A stretch of DNA of 64,000 bases from Heteronotia binoei (lineage: Eukaryota). Numbering within the stretch: the stretch's first letter is position 1; the number at the start of each line of letters is the position of its first letter. The notes under the pieces are model-generated. The model was not told the DNA's origin and ran no database searches. It saw only the letters and a program-made list of their open reading frames with translations. Below, in pieces: positions 24,707-37,099 of the stretch. The DNA is taken from positions 30,070,001 to 30,134,000 of the forward strand of contig NC_083229.1 in assembly GCF_032191835.1 (NCBI RefSeq), written 5' to 3'. The position numbers were made by a program, and so were the translations under genes.

Positions 24707-25234
24707 TGTCTCCCTTTGTTGCTGTAGTCTGCCAGCGTGTGAAGGCTGGTGTTGTTTTCCCCTCACCTCCACTCTTAGCAGTGAAACTACTTGTAACTAA
24801 TAGCACTTTCTGAACAATAGAATCTGGACTATATGAAGGAAAATTAATTATGAACCACAATAGTGGGACTCAATGATTACATAACCTGCTATTTTCGGAG
24901 AGAACTTTAATTAAAAAGGGGAGGAAGTTGAGAATGATTGAAACAGTAAATATTGTGAGCCAAGGATTCAAATAATGGCATCTGAGCTATGGGATTGAAC
25001 AAGGATACAGGTGACCACAGTTCAGTGTGTCACACTGATATGAAGCTTGCTGGGTGATTTGTAGCAGTTTTTTTTTTCACTTTGCTCTCACAGAGCTGTT
25101 ATGAGGATAAATGGGAAGAGGAAACTTTGTATGCTTCCCTATGTTCCATGAAGGAAAAGTGGAAATGAAAGTAGGTAGATATGTAAAATTATGCCAAATG
25201 ATTGTGCATGCATGCACACACATACATGCAAATC

Positions 25235-25732
25235 TAGGGTTGCCAGGTCTGACTCAAGCAATATCTTGAGGTGGAGGCAGGAGGCATTGGGGGTGGAGCC
25301 AGGAGCAAGCATGATTGAACTCCAAAGGGAGTTCTGGCCATCACATGTAAAGGGATTGTGCTCCTTTTACATGTCTTCTCTTCATCGGAAATAACAGAGG
25401 ATAGGGGCACCTTCTGTTGGGGCTCATAGAATTGGACCCCCTGGTTCAACCTTTTTGCAATTTGGGGGATGTTTTGATAAGAGACACTGGATGCTATTCT
25501 GAAAATTTGGTGCCTCTACTGCAAAAAAAAGAAAAGAAAAGAAAAGCTCCTCCAGGGCTCCAGATATCCATGGATCCATTCGCCATTGTACCCTATGGGA
25601 ATAGGTCTCCGTAGGGTATAATGGAGTATCCAGCAGGCATTCCCCCCCCCCCCCGTTTCTGATAACCCTGAAGTAGGGGAGGGCCTCCAAACCAGGGTAC
25701 CCCCTGCCTTCAACTGGAAATTGGCAACCCTA
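25235..25732 (+). mobile_element. TAGGGTTGCCA hAT MITE copy
   Basis: Both TIRs and shared internal sequence; no TSD seen. Confidence 0.85.
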
Positions 25733-26386
25733 AAAAACAAGCAATCAAGTGTGGCAGCAGGTAATAATTTTCTGATGGGGGGGGGCAATCAGTGACATAC
25801 TCAGGGTCTGGGATAAAAAAGAAGATAATTCTTTTGGCATGTCTCGTGCCTTCTAGGTATCCTGGGGATGCAAGTACAACATCATCTGTGTTTTCTAGTT
25901 CTTTGGCTCTGTGTTGTTTTGCTCAGGATGTCAAGTGCCAGCCTTCACCAGCTCTCTCTAGTGAGATTTTGAAGTTCTCCCCCCCCCCCTCTTTAAGTAG
26001 CAGTTTCATCGCCCCAGAGTTGGAAACGACTGGTGCTTGCACAGGGGACCTTTCCTTTCCTACTAACCAGTAGTGTACTTTACCTTTCCAGTATGCTGGC
26101 CCATTAGTGTAACGGCACTAGGATAAATATTCATTCCTAAGATATATGCATTTAAAATTTAAGTGTTTAAAAATAAAAATTATTAATTGAGCTGTTCATA
26201 GTTATTTTATTATTTGGTTCTGACTGTTTGCCTTTCCCGTAGCAGACTATTTTGGCTACAGGCCTGTCTGTTTGTCCATTATCATTTATATCTAATCTTG
26301 AGCCTGGCTTCCAAACGTAGATCAACACATCTGCAAAATAAGGTCATGTACAGATAAGGAACATTGGAGATTTTGGTTATTATAGA

Positions 26387-26856
26387 TAGAGTTGCCAAGT
26401 CCAATTCATGAAATACCAGGGAACTTTGGGGATGGAACCAGGAACAAGGTTGTGACAAGCACAGCTGAACTCCAAAGGGAGTTCAGGTTGTCATATTTAA
26501 AGGGACCGCACACCTTTTAAATGCCTCCCCTCCACTCAGTCCACTGGAAATAATGGATAGGGGCAGCTTCTTTTGCGGCTCATAAAACTGGGCCCCCTGA
26601 TCCAATCCTTTTGAAACTTGGAGGGTGTTTTGAGGAGAGGCATTGGATACAATGCTGCAAATTTGGTGCCTCTAAATAAACACTCCTCCCCCCAAACCCC
26701 AGATATCTGTGGATCAATTCTCCATTATACCCTATGGAAATCATGGAGTGCTCAGTAGACATTTCCCTCCCCCCATGTTTTCTTATGACCCTAAAGTGGG
26801 GGGAGGGCCTCCAAACTGGGGGATCCTCTGCCCCCACCTGCAGATTGGCAGCCCTA
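26387..26856 (+). mobile_element. TAGGGTTGCCA hAT MITE copy
   Basis: TIRs; TSD attataga/attatagg. Confidence 0.88.
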
Positions 26857-27215
26857 ATTATAGGTCAGGTGTGTTCATACCATAGGAAGTCGTTTAACTG
26901 TATAACTGTTTGTGCAGATTTTAGGTTGATAATGGTAATTAGTTGATGATTACTAGTGCTGAAGAATCCAAGTTGTGAGAGCTGTGTGTGGTGTGGTTTT
27001 TCTAGTTGATTTAGCTAGGGTTGTGACGTAAAAGATTTAAGGTGCAGAGCAGGCCAAGTAGTGTTGCTGTGATAGCTGCTAATTTGGCTGTTAGGAGCAT
27101 GGCTATAATCTGGGGCTTGTTTGGTAGGATGTTTGATGAAATTACTAGGCTTGTGAAAATGCTGTCGATGGCTAGGCATATGATAGGTTTAGTTTGGTTT
27201 GGGTTGAGTTTATTG
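26857..27215 (-). pseudogene. ND5: NUMT: fragment of the 3' region of mitochondrial ND5
   Basis: Minus-strand translation NPNQTKPIICLAIDSIF..ILPNKPQIIAM..AKLAAITATLLGLL, then after a frameshift SQLGFFST..HQ..NLKSAQ..QLNDFLWYE, collinear with the vertebrate ND5 C-terminus; A/C-rich, G-poor strand; stops and a frameshift. Confidence 0.8.
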
Positions 27216-28524
27216 AGACAGATTTCTAGCGGCATAAAAGAACCCCAGGCTTGCGGGGAAATACACAAACATACATACACACAAAGATGAGGACATTAAA
27301 ATTGACCCCAAAGAAGAATGTTGATGGAGCTTGCCAGATTGGCAGGAATCCTTTGTTTATTGGGCTCCTGCTCTGTAACCCAATGGGAGCAAAAACAGGG
27401 GGAGAAAGAAATCAGTGTTGCATACTACTCTAAGAATTTCCCCATTTTCTATGGTAAAAACCACAGATATTTGGGGATCCAGATATGACATTATGGTGTC
27501 ACATGATCACTAATACCTGCAGTCCCCGCCTTCCAGTGCTCCTGAGGCTGGCAGCCCTATTGCTGATTGAGATTTCATGAAAATTCATTACAATTGGCAA
27601 TTTCAAGTTTCTTAGCAATGGAGACAGTAGAATTTGACCTAAAGGCAGCACTGAAGAAAGCAGCAGCAACAGCAAAAAAAGTGAGAAAATATTGGGGGGG
27701 GGGGAGGCAGGAAAAACAGAAAAGGGCCAGGGAGAGAAAAAAAAGGGAATGAGGGAAAAAACACACAACTGGATGGGGGTCAACAGCTGTTAAAAGGAGA
27801 AAGGCAGCATGGGGGGTAGGAGGGATCTCCCTCCCCTGTGAGGTTCATGGTTCTCCAACTTGTTACAAGAAAGTCCCTCAGTGTCAAAAGCAGGTTGCAG
27901 AATGAGATGAAAGGAACTGCTGTTTGAGAAACACAAATCCTGATCCCCTCCCTGAATTTCTTCTGTGGCCGATATGTCTTTTAATAAAATCATTAAAATA
28001 GCTAATTTTTGCTGTACTAGCATATTTTGAGGGCATGTGATCTGGTAGCTTCTCTGCAGGTGTGTGTCTGCATTTTATGATAAAAGGTGTTAAACTCTTC
28101 ATGTTTAATTGCACTGAATGGCCCCCAAAGCAAGGAAGGCAGAGAGAGTAAATAGTCTTACAATACCTATTGTTATAGAAGTGGGGGTGGGGTGTGCAGC
28201 ATAATTGGCCTGGTAGTGTCAAAGTTTTGCATTATCTACTAATTGTGTGTACTTCTAACCCTTATTTTTCTGACTGCAGAAAAATTGTGAAAGTAGTTTG
28301 AAAGGTTAATCACATTTTTATCTAGCTTCACTACTAGTAGCCTTGATTTCTCTTCGCTGTTGCCTTAAATGCTTCATAATTTCTTTGGTAAAATCTGACA
28401 CTGATTGTTAGCTGTCTTGTATATCTCTATAACACTCTGCAGAGCTCTGCAAACTATAACCATGTTTGCAGTATTAGTAATGGTGGGAGATGCTCTCAGG
28501 TTGCAGCCAAATTACAGTGTAGCG

Positions 28525-28663
28525 TTTTTAAGGCAAGAGATGAACAAAGGTGGTATTCCATTGCCTGCCTCTGTGTAGCAGCACCCAAGTATTAACCAGA
28601 GCTAACCCTTCTTAGCTTCTCAAGATCTGGTGATAACTGGGAAGCTTGGGACATCCCAGTCAG
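28525..28663 (-). mobile_element. Degraded 5S-Sauria-like SINE
   Basis: Similar to 17621-17765 with internal deletion. Confidence 0.65.
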
Positions 28664-29264
28664 GTTTTGAATTATTGCCTATAATGACCCGTAGCTATGG
28701 GAGGGCTCTCACCAGGCAAAGCCCCCTCCCTAATTAGTCTAGCCCAGCCAGAAGATTGAATGTGCCTTTTCTGTTCTGGTAGGGGAGACAGAAGGGCGGG
28801 GGGGACATTCTATAGGTAAAAGCTGTTTTCATTTCTCTGCTAGCTCTCTAAATTGTTGCTGGGCTGAAGAAGAATTCACTTACCTAGAGGTGTAAATAAA
28901 CCATTATGGTTTCCAAAGGGTTTCTGGAGACTATGAGAACTTTTTTTAAATGAAGGTGACAGTTTTGAACAATCCAAACTTCCAAAATACTCCACAAGTA
29001 AAATTAATATTAATTTTCCTTTAAAGGTTTGTTTGTGAGCCCTGACCTGGAATAGACATACCAGCTGATCAGTCAAAACAAAACAAGAACAGCTTCTCCA
29101 TTAGTTTTCACAGCACAATCCACTTAGCAGGTTTCCTTGAAAGTTAAGCTGCTCTGTGCTAAACTGCCCCTTGCCTGCCTCCCCCAAGAAAAATCCCTGG
29201 CTATGGCCTTGTGCCTGTGGTCTCCTGTGCTGGTGTCATTTTTTTTTGGTCTCTGTGTACACCA

Positions 29265-29781
29265 TAGGGTTGCCAATCCCCAGGTGAGGGCAGCAGATCC
29301 CCCAGTTTGGAGGCCCTCCTCCCGCTTCAGGATCATCAGAAAGGGAGGGGAGGGGAGGGGAGGGGAGAGAAATGTCTTCTGGGAACTCTATTATTCCCTA
29401 TGGAGATTTATTCCCATAGAAAATCATGGAAAATTGGTCCACGGGTATCTGGGGTTTTGGGGGTGCTGTTTTTGGGGTAGAGGCACCAAATTTTCAGTAT
29501 AACATCTAGTGCCTCTCCCCAAAATACCCCCCAAGTTTCAAAAAGATTGGACCAGGGGTTCCAGTTCTGTGAGCCCCAAAAGAAGGTGCCCCTATCCTTC
29601 ATTATTTCCTATGGAAGGAAGGAATTGAAAAGGTGTTCCGTCCCTTTAAATGTGATGGCCAGAACTCCCTTTGGAGTTCAATTATGCTTGTCACAGCCTT
29701 GATCTTGGCTCCACCCCAATGTCTCCTGGCTCCACCCCCCAAAATCCCCAGATATTTCTTGAATTGGACTTGGCAACCCTA
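29265..29781 (-). mobile_element. TAGGGTTGCCA hAT MITE copy, inverted relative to 14805
   Basis: TIRs; TSD gtacacca/gtacgcca. Confidence 0.9.
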
Positions 29782-30085
29782 GTACGCCATCATTTTTTTT
29801 AGTTCAAAATAATTTTATTTCAGAAATCATATACAAGATAACAAATATATAAAGCCAAAATTGACAGTTTACAAATAGATTGTTACATGTTAATGTAAGA
29901 TATAAAAATAATTGGTATTTATTAATCTCAAACCAATAAACTAGAATTAGGCACGCCCTGTCCAAAAATACCACAAGCAAAATAATCTAGAAAAGGGGAC
30001 CACTTAAGAAGATGGGTATTCCTGCGACCTGGTCTCAGCCTACCACCCAGATTGTGAACAATGTACACCATCATGATGAGAGGGA

Positions 30086-30184
30086 AGGCAGCCAATCTCA
30101 TCAGACTCCAGAAGCTAAACGAGGCAGTACTTGAAAGGGAGAACATCAAGAAAGATTCTTTAGGAAGGCAATGACAAACCACCT
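30086..30184 (+). mobile_element. Degraded 5S-Sauria-like SINE
   Basis: ccaatctcatcagactccagaagctaa..aggcaatgacaaaccacc. Confidence 0.6.
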
Positions 30185-30309
30185 TTTTTTAATTTGCTTT
30201 GAAAGTTCCTTGTTGAGGTCTGCACAAGTCAACTGTGACTTGATGGTACTTTACACACATATACACTGTCGTGGTTCATGGTACATTGTTCTCTTCTTTC
30301 TTTATATAG

Positions 30310-30504
30310 AATTACAGAGCAGTTCTTGTGGAAATCCTGGAGTTCCACCCAAAGGCATTTTGTATGGTGCAAGGTTTGATGTTGGTGACAAAATCCGGTA
30401 CAGCTGTGTGACGGGATACATCCTGGATGGACACCCCCAACTCACTTGTATAGCCAACTCAGTGAACACAGCATCCTGGGATTTTCCAGTTCCTATCTGC
30501 AGAG
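30310..30504 (+). CDS. CSMD3: CUB and Sushi multiple domains 3, internal exon encoding Sushi/CCP domain 1 (195 nt, phase 1-1)
   Basis: (E)LQSSSCGNPGVPPKGILYGARFDVGDKIRYSCVTGYILDGHPQLTCIANSVNTASWDFPVPICR matches CSMD3 rather than CSMD1/2 as I recall them; four Cys and a conserved Trp; acceptor ttctcttctttctttatatAG and donor AG|GTAAGA. Confidence 0.96.
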
Positions 30505-30729
30505 GTAAGATTAATGGTGATCTATAAATAAAGTTAATCATTTTATACTACCATTTGTTCCAAAGAATTAACAAATTAACTTTCCTTCATTGGAATTGAA
30601 CACTTTTCAGTATTGATGTTCCTGCTTGACATGCTACACACAAACATGGTACACACAGTGGTATCAATATGCTTGGTCACCATTTGGGGTGTATATGGCA
30701 ATGGGTCTATCTTAAAACACAGGGGAAAG

Positions 30730-31085
30730 CACAAGAGAAGCCATATTGGATCAGGTCAATGGCTCATCAGTCCAACACTCTGTGTCACACAGTAGCGAAA
30801 ACCCATGTGACGTCAGGAGGTCTACCAGTGGAGCCAAAACTGCAGAAGCCCTCCCACTTCGTTGCCCACACAAGCACCTAGAATACAGACCACCACTGCC
30901 CCAAACATAGTGTTTCCTCTATACCTTATGGCTAATAGCCACTGATAGAACCCTTCTCTATTTGCTTATCCAATCCCCTCTTGAAGCTGTCTATGCTTGT
31001 ATCTGCCATCACTTCCTGTGACAGTGAATCCCATGTGTTAATTACACTTTGGGTAGAGAATTGCTTCCTTTTATCTGTTGTATCG
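30730..31085 (-). mobile_element. CR1 LINE 3' fragment
   Basis: aagagaagccatattggatcagg.., tatggctaatagccactgat, cccctcttgaagctgtctatgcttgta. Confidence 0.8.
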
Positions 31086-32030
31086 GTTCTAGCTTTGGTA
31101 CTTGCAAATATGTACTCACAAGAATATATATTTCTTATTGCAAATAATGAAGCTGGAAAATACATGTGTTGACAAATTCACACAAAATGACAATAGCACA
31201 TATAAAAGTGATTGCACATAGTATACTTTCACAGTACACAAAGTAAAAGCACCAAAAGCACAATGACTGAAAAAGGCTTCAGTGTGTACATAGAACCACT
31301 TTACTTGGAACTTGTGTTTTGTTAATTTTCATGATATCTAATGTTTCTAAATGTAGATAACTCATAAGAATGCAATTTTTCAAAACCAAACTATGAAAAA
31401 TTAATGAATTTTGTATGTGTTAACTACTCTAACAGGTAAGATGTTAATACACTCCTCTGAACTATTATACTGGCATGTATTTATTTCCAACAATGAAAAA
31501 GGAATACATTTATTACTATATTTGATTTGACAAACAGATCAATCATTTTATTGAAATGGGTTTGTCATAAGCCAACACACAGTAAAAAATATTACAAAGA
31601 GAAATACATCAGACATAACAATGTGTCAGTTTTAACCAACAGTGAGAGAATTTTTTTGCAATGTTTAAAACCTGTCAAGCTAAATGGCTATTATAAAACA
31701 AAGCTGTAAAATCACTTATACTCTGTATATAAATACAGCCGTAAAAAATATTTAAAAGCCTCATTTGTGACCAGTCTTTCTTTTCACTAGCAGTTTCTCT
31801 GTTTTAGTGGCTTTCCATGCAAAAAAAAAAAAAAAAGATAAGATTTGTGCATATATTTCAATCATAACTCTTTCTCTCTGTTAAGACTGTGCATGCTGCT
31901 TCAGATAAAATTAAAGTAAATTGAAGTCCAACTTCATTGGTCCAGATCTTTAGATCGTTTTGGGCTGTTACTTGGCAAGCAGTGATGTTTCCCTTTAAGA
32001 ACAACTAACTGGGTCACGTTCAATACGGAC

Positions 32031-32244
32031 TGAAAATTTGGTGCCTCTTCCTCAAAAAACAGCCCCCTAGAGCACCAAATACCCACATATTGATTCTCCA
32101 TATACTCTATGGGGACAAGTCTCCATAGGGTATAATGGAGTTTCCAGCGGACATTCAACTGTCCCACCTTCTGATAACCCTAAAGCAGGGGGAGGGCCTC
32201 CAAACCAAAAGATCCCCTGCCCCAACTAGGGATTAGCAACCCTA
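32031..32244 (+). mobile_element. 3' half of the TAGGGTTGCCA hAT MITE
   Basis: tgaaaatttggtgcctc...ttagcaacccta. Confidence 0.8.
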
Positions 32245-32521
32245 CAATGTTGACAGGTTGCCATGGGGACTTGCAACCAAAAGCTACCAGCAGGGTCCCC
32301 ATGGGAACTTGGTTTAGAAGCCAAGATGTCTGATTCTGGTTGAGGCTGTGGTGTGGGGGGAGAAGAGGTCCTATGTTCCCCCATTCTGCATTCCAGGCCC
32401 AATATGACACTGGGGAACCAGAATCAGAGCTCTGACTTCTAAATAGAGTTCTCATGGGACCTTTGCTGTTAGCGTTTGGCTGCATGTCCCTGTGCCAAAT
32501 TCATCAACAATACAACATGTA

Positions 32522-32700
32522 CAAAGCAGGAGTCAAGGCGCACCTTTAAGACCAACCAAGTTTTATTCAGAACGTAAGCTTTCGTGTTCTCTCTAAGCAC
32601 ACTTCATCAGACGAGGGAGGGGATCATGTATCAATAAAGGTGCACCTTGACTCCTGCTTTGTTCAACTACTTCTGACCAATATGGCTGACCACTTGGGTC
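32522..32700. mobile_element. Second-family PLE pLTR remnant, inverted arrangement, hammerhead on minus strand (about 32570-32612)
   Basis: Minus strand CTGATGA a gtgt..acac GAAA gctt; 28-bp inverted repeat 32521-32548/32635-32662; TSD-like aatacaacatgta/aatataacatgta. Confidence 0.75.
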
Positions 32701-35700
32701 AATATAACATGTAGTTTGGCTCTAAGAATCGGGCTGGAAACAAAAGAACAAGAAGGAGAGAAGTGAGTCCAGCTGAAATCTATATAATAATTTTTTGTAA
32801 TACAATATGTAAAGTACAGCTTTTTTTTACTTAAATAGATCTTGTTTTAGCAGAATGCTTCCTACTTGGTACACACGTTGTGCTCCTTTGCTAGAGGTTA
32901 TGATGGGTGAATAGTAATAAGCTTATTACTTTTTTTCCAGCTTCTGGTGATGATTCTCCTTGATTATGTAATTATCTATCGGAAGGCAGTGCAATTTATC
33001 TGTGTCCTAAATCTTTCTACATCTTGCAATTATTTATTTTAAATATATATCCCCTGCCAACCATGATATTTGAGCTAGCTTGAATACATTTCTAATTCTA
33101 ATAGCCTTTTAAATTAAGGAAGCAGCACCTTTGCTTTCTCTTTCTCACTTTCTTTCCTTGTGGATCTGCTTGACAAGTGGTCATTTCCCCCCATTTCAAG
33201 GTAATTCTGATGTCCTATTTGCCTGTGATGGGACAATCTCTTCCTTTGGTAACAGTGCCCCTGACCTCTTTTGATTAGTTTGAAAGGACAACAAAGCTTT
33301 AGTCTTGCTCCAGAAGTTACAGCACTGTGCAGTGCATATCAGATTGCAAAGTACAGTGGCAATGAACTGAAACAAAACAAAACAAACAAACAAAAAAATC
33401 CCAGTCCAATTGCTTTAATTGTTCTGTGCTATGGACTGAAATTACACTGAGTTATACTATTCATATGTGAACTGTTTGGGTATCTGCCAAATATGTGTTT
33501 ACAGGCATGGACTAAATCTTTGAAGACAGGGAGAGAAAATTTGATAGGGTAGCAGAGACATTCTCATTTGGCCTAGAAACTGAAATCAAAGAGAGCAGAG
33601 AAGCTTGTCTCTTGCAGTGCTATACCACATTGATTTAATTCCTGCTTTTGTGTACTGGATATCATGTACTGCTGGCATTTTATGAGTGTAATGTACTGAA
33701 TATTATGGGTTTACAGTATAACATTACAGAAAAAAAAAATACTGATAGCAGGCAGGATCCCCTGCCCCCAAGTGGGGAATGGCATCCATATTGCTTGGTG
33801 AGTGGGAAGCAGAGAAAGAAGCAGGAAATATGAGGGTATGGGGGTTGCCAGGAAGAGAAAAAGAAGGAATAGGATGTGGAGGGGTTTACAGGGGCAAGTG
33901 AGGTACCCCCACAAGTCCTTGTAAATTTCCCACTGTGCAACTGGGCTGACTGACCAGCACTACACGACTGACCCAGAGTTTTCTCAGGGAGAATCTGCTA
34001 GGGGGAGGAAAGGAAGGAAAGTGGGTGGGAGGAGAGAAGGCAGCAAGAAAAGGGGACATCTATGAGGACTTTCATAGAAGGGAAAGACTGAATGGGAAAA
34101 TGAGGTGCTCCTCATGTGTGTCCCTGTAAATGCGTGTGTGTGTATAAATGGGGGGGGGGAGGAGGGAGTAAACAAGAATGTATGTTAGTACATACATGTG
34201 CTGGGATTGTTCCATCATTACTATCTTTTAGCATATCAGTTGCCCCAGTAACTAGTTATAAACAAATTGACTTATTGTTGATATTCTTGTCATATTGGAA
34301 AAAAGTAATAGCAATTGAGAAGTTGCACTTATTTCTACTAGAGATATTGCTGTTCATAATAATAATACAATATTATTAAAATGTCCCCATTAAATGAAGG
34401 CAAAATGATATAGATTTGTTATGTTGTGAAGTGGTCAATTATGTTTGTGCATAGCCCATGACCAGTTTTTAAATACATTTTTTTCTCTCTCTTGACATAT
34501 TAACTTGACTGGAACATTTTTAACAATGAAATTTGACAGCAGCTTTATCATACTACCTTTTACTTTTGAGATTCTGTAGCAATTGCAGCCTGCAACATAC
34601 TGCAGAGTAGTAGGAATGATTCACAGAAGCCTAATAAATAAGGTCATAGTTGTATATAATATTGTCATTCTGTAAAGGTTATATTAATTAGATGGCTTGA
34701 TAATCAGGGATAATATTCTGACTTTTATAATTTTAAAAGGTTGTTCTATTTCTGGATAACAGCTAGATTGTGAAGTCCTATTGCTTCATTTCAAGATGCA
34801 TTTTTAGCCTAATCAATTTAGGAAGTTATTTTCTTCCTTAAACATACTGCATATGATCCAGCTATTCATTTCAATATGAAAGGAATGTGAATTCAGGGGA
34901 ATTTAGAAGTATTTAACTTTGGCTGGATTGAGGCCCTTGAGTTATTGTTTAGCAGCCAAAGATAGTAATTACCATTTGCAGCAGCCAAAATATATATGCA
35001 AGTAATACCATGCTAAACAAAAAATAAGAGCTAAATGTGGGTTACAGCCTTTTAGGAGAACCTTGCTCAATTGCTTTTTGTAGGAACTGCAGTGGAACCA
35101 CCAAGACAGCAGAGACATCTTCTTTTATAGAAGGTACTTCAAGCTGTCATGCTCAAAAGACACATCATCACCACAGACTTATGAATCTTACATGTGGGTT
35201 GTTTGTCCTAGCTGGGAAGCTGTAGGGAAGTAGACCTTCTTTCTGCTTTCCCAGAGGATCATGGCACTTTTATGCACCTCAGGGATTTCCCCTAGCTTTT
35301 CCACTGCCTTTCCAAAACCAGTTTGTCTACAATGTTTTTAGAAATAGGGGTCACCCATGTGGACAGAAAATTCTGCATCTTCCCAGTCTTATGCACACCA
35401 GCACCATTTACCCTGCTTTAGCTGCCACATAGAGGACTGAGTGTTTGTTTTTTGTTTTTTTTAAAAAAAACCCAGTAATTGCCAACCTGCAGAGATACAG
35501 TCATATTTTAATGACATTTTTTTAAAAAATTGTAAGAGTCTCCGCAGGGCAGGGGGTGGCTACTCTGAGGGACTGTGGCAGAGAAGATATGGGGAAATGC
35601 ATATGGAAGACACAAGGCTGCTACCTTGAATTGGCTGTCTTAGTGACAGCAAGGAAACCATTCAGGATTGTCACTGTCTACAAGACACATTTGGGCAAAC

Positions 35701-36301
35701 TTAAAAGCTCTGCAACAGTTCCAAGATCCAGCCCATCATTGCCATATATTTAACAACTCTCCCACACTAGGGCTGTTATTCATGGTGTTGTCCTATCCAT
35801 TGTCCTCTATGGTTTAACCAATATCATCTTCTTTATCATGATGGCCTGAAATATCATCTTTTCTCCTATTTTGTAACATCTGGCCTGATTAAGAGTTCTG
35901 AAACTTGAAGGCTTGCATACTGTTATGGGTCATTGGGTTGTTCCTAATAAAGGTATGACATGGATCGTGGTTTTGGGTTTTTTGGATTCTCCCTGAAACC
36001 CTGGGGTAAGGCAGTGTTGCATTGAAGTGGCCCTTGTTTTACACAGCCAATATTTAAGGCACTTAAGTATTGGCCACTTGTGTGTGTGGTGTTAACATTC
36101 TGGTGTGGCAGACACTGAGGCCACAGATCTGTGTTGTGATAACCATGTCTGCACAAGTGCCAATGTCTCATTTTAATCATGGGTCACTTCAATGGAACTG
36201 GGATAGGTAATTTTTTTTCTAATTTATACATGTATAAAATATAATTGTACAATTAATAATGCAAAGATAAAAAATGAACAATATAAATGTGGAAGAAGAT
36301 G

Positions 36302-36555
36302 GTGATGATGATATTGGATTTATATACTCTGAATCTCAGAGCGGTCACAGTCTCCTTTACCTTCCCTCCCCCCCCCCCCCCCGCCGCAACAGACAGCCTG
36401 TGAAGTAGATGGGGCTAAGAGAGCTCTGACAGCAGCTGCCCTTTCAAGGACACCTCCTATGAAAGCTATGGCTGACCCAAGTCATTCCAGCAGGTGCCAG
36501 TGGAAGAGTGGGGAAGATAAGAGTCAGAACACTTAACCACTACATCAGACTGGCT
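36302..36555 (-). mobile_element. Squam3-like SINE
   Basis: Tail gatgatgatattggatttata; head cttaaccactacatcagactggct. Confidence 0.8.
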
Positions 36556-36736
36556 CTCCATGCTATAGAACTAATAACTATGATATAGAAGTGATAAATG
36601 CAAAACATCAACACTAATCTCAAATTCTAGGGAGAATATTAAAACCAACATCATTTTCCAAAATCCGCTGCTATTTTATCATATCAATGTATAATGAATA
36701 TTATGTCATTTCTGTATGATGTAATTCGCAGTACAA

Positions 36737-37099
36737 TAGGGTTGTCATGTCCTACCTTGCAGCCAGCAGTGGTATCCTTGGTGTTCTCTGGGATTTTCTG
36801 TTGCATGCATGAACATGTCACCCAGAAGTGATGTCATCACATCACCAACATCAGGAGTACATGTGATGCTCTAGTTTTTGGGCAAACTCTATGATTTGCA
36901 GCCAATTTTACCATAGAGTTTGCCCAAAATCTAGAGTGGCACCATATGATGTCAGCGATGTGAGGATGTCACTTCATGATATCATGGTGCCTTTTCAGTC
37001 GGTTGGGGGAGGGATTTCTCTCCACCAGCCGGTGGCGGGGAAACACCCCACAAAAGTGGGGGTTCCCCCACCCCCGGTAGGGGTCTGGGAACAATCTTA
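36737..37099. mobile_element. hAT-like MITE (gatgtcatcac-rich family)
   Basis: tagggttgtca start; internal similarity to 43951-44305. Confidence 0.6.

Noticed and set aside
30171-30541. ORFs 30171..30527 (+) and 30302..30541 (-) as complete genes
   Set aside because: Only 30310-30504 is bounded by splice sites and matches CSMD3; the rest is intronic read-through or antisense shadow.
35885-35960. Possible fourth hammerhead/pLTR remnant (ctgattaagagttctgaaacttgaaggctt)
   Set aside because: The core is mutated at both CTGANGA and GAAA; too degenerate to call.
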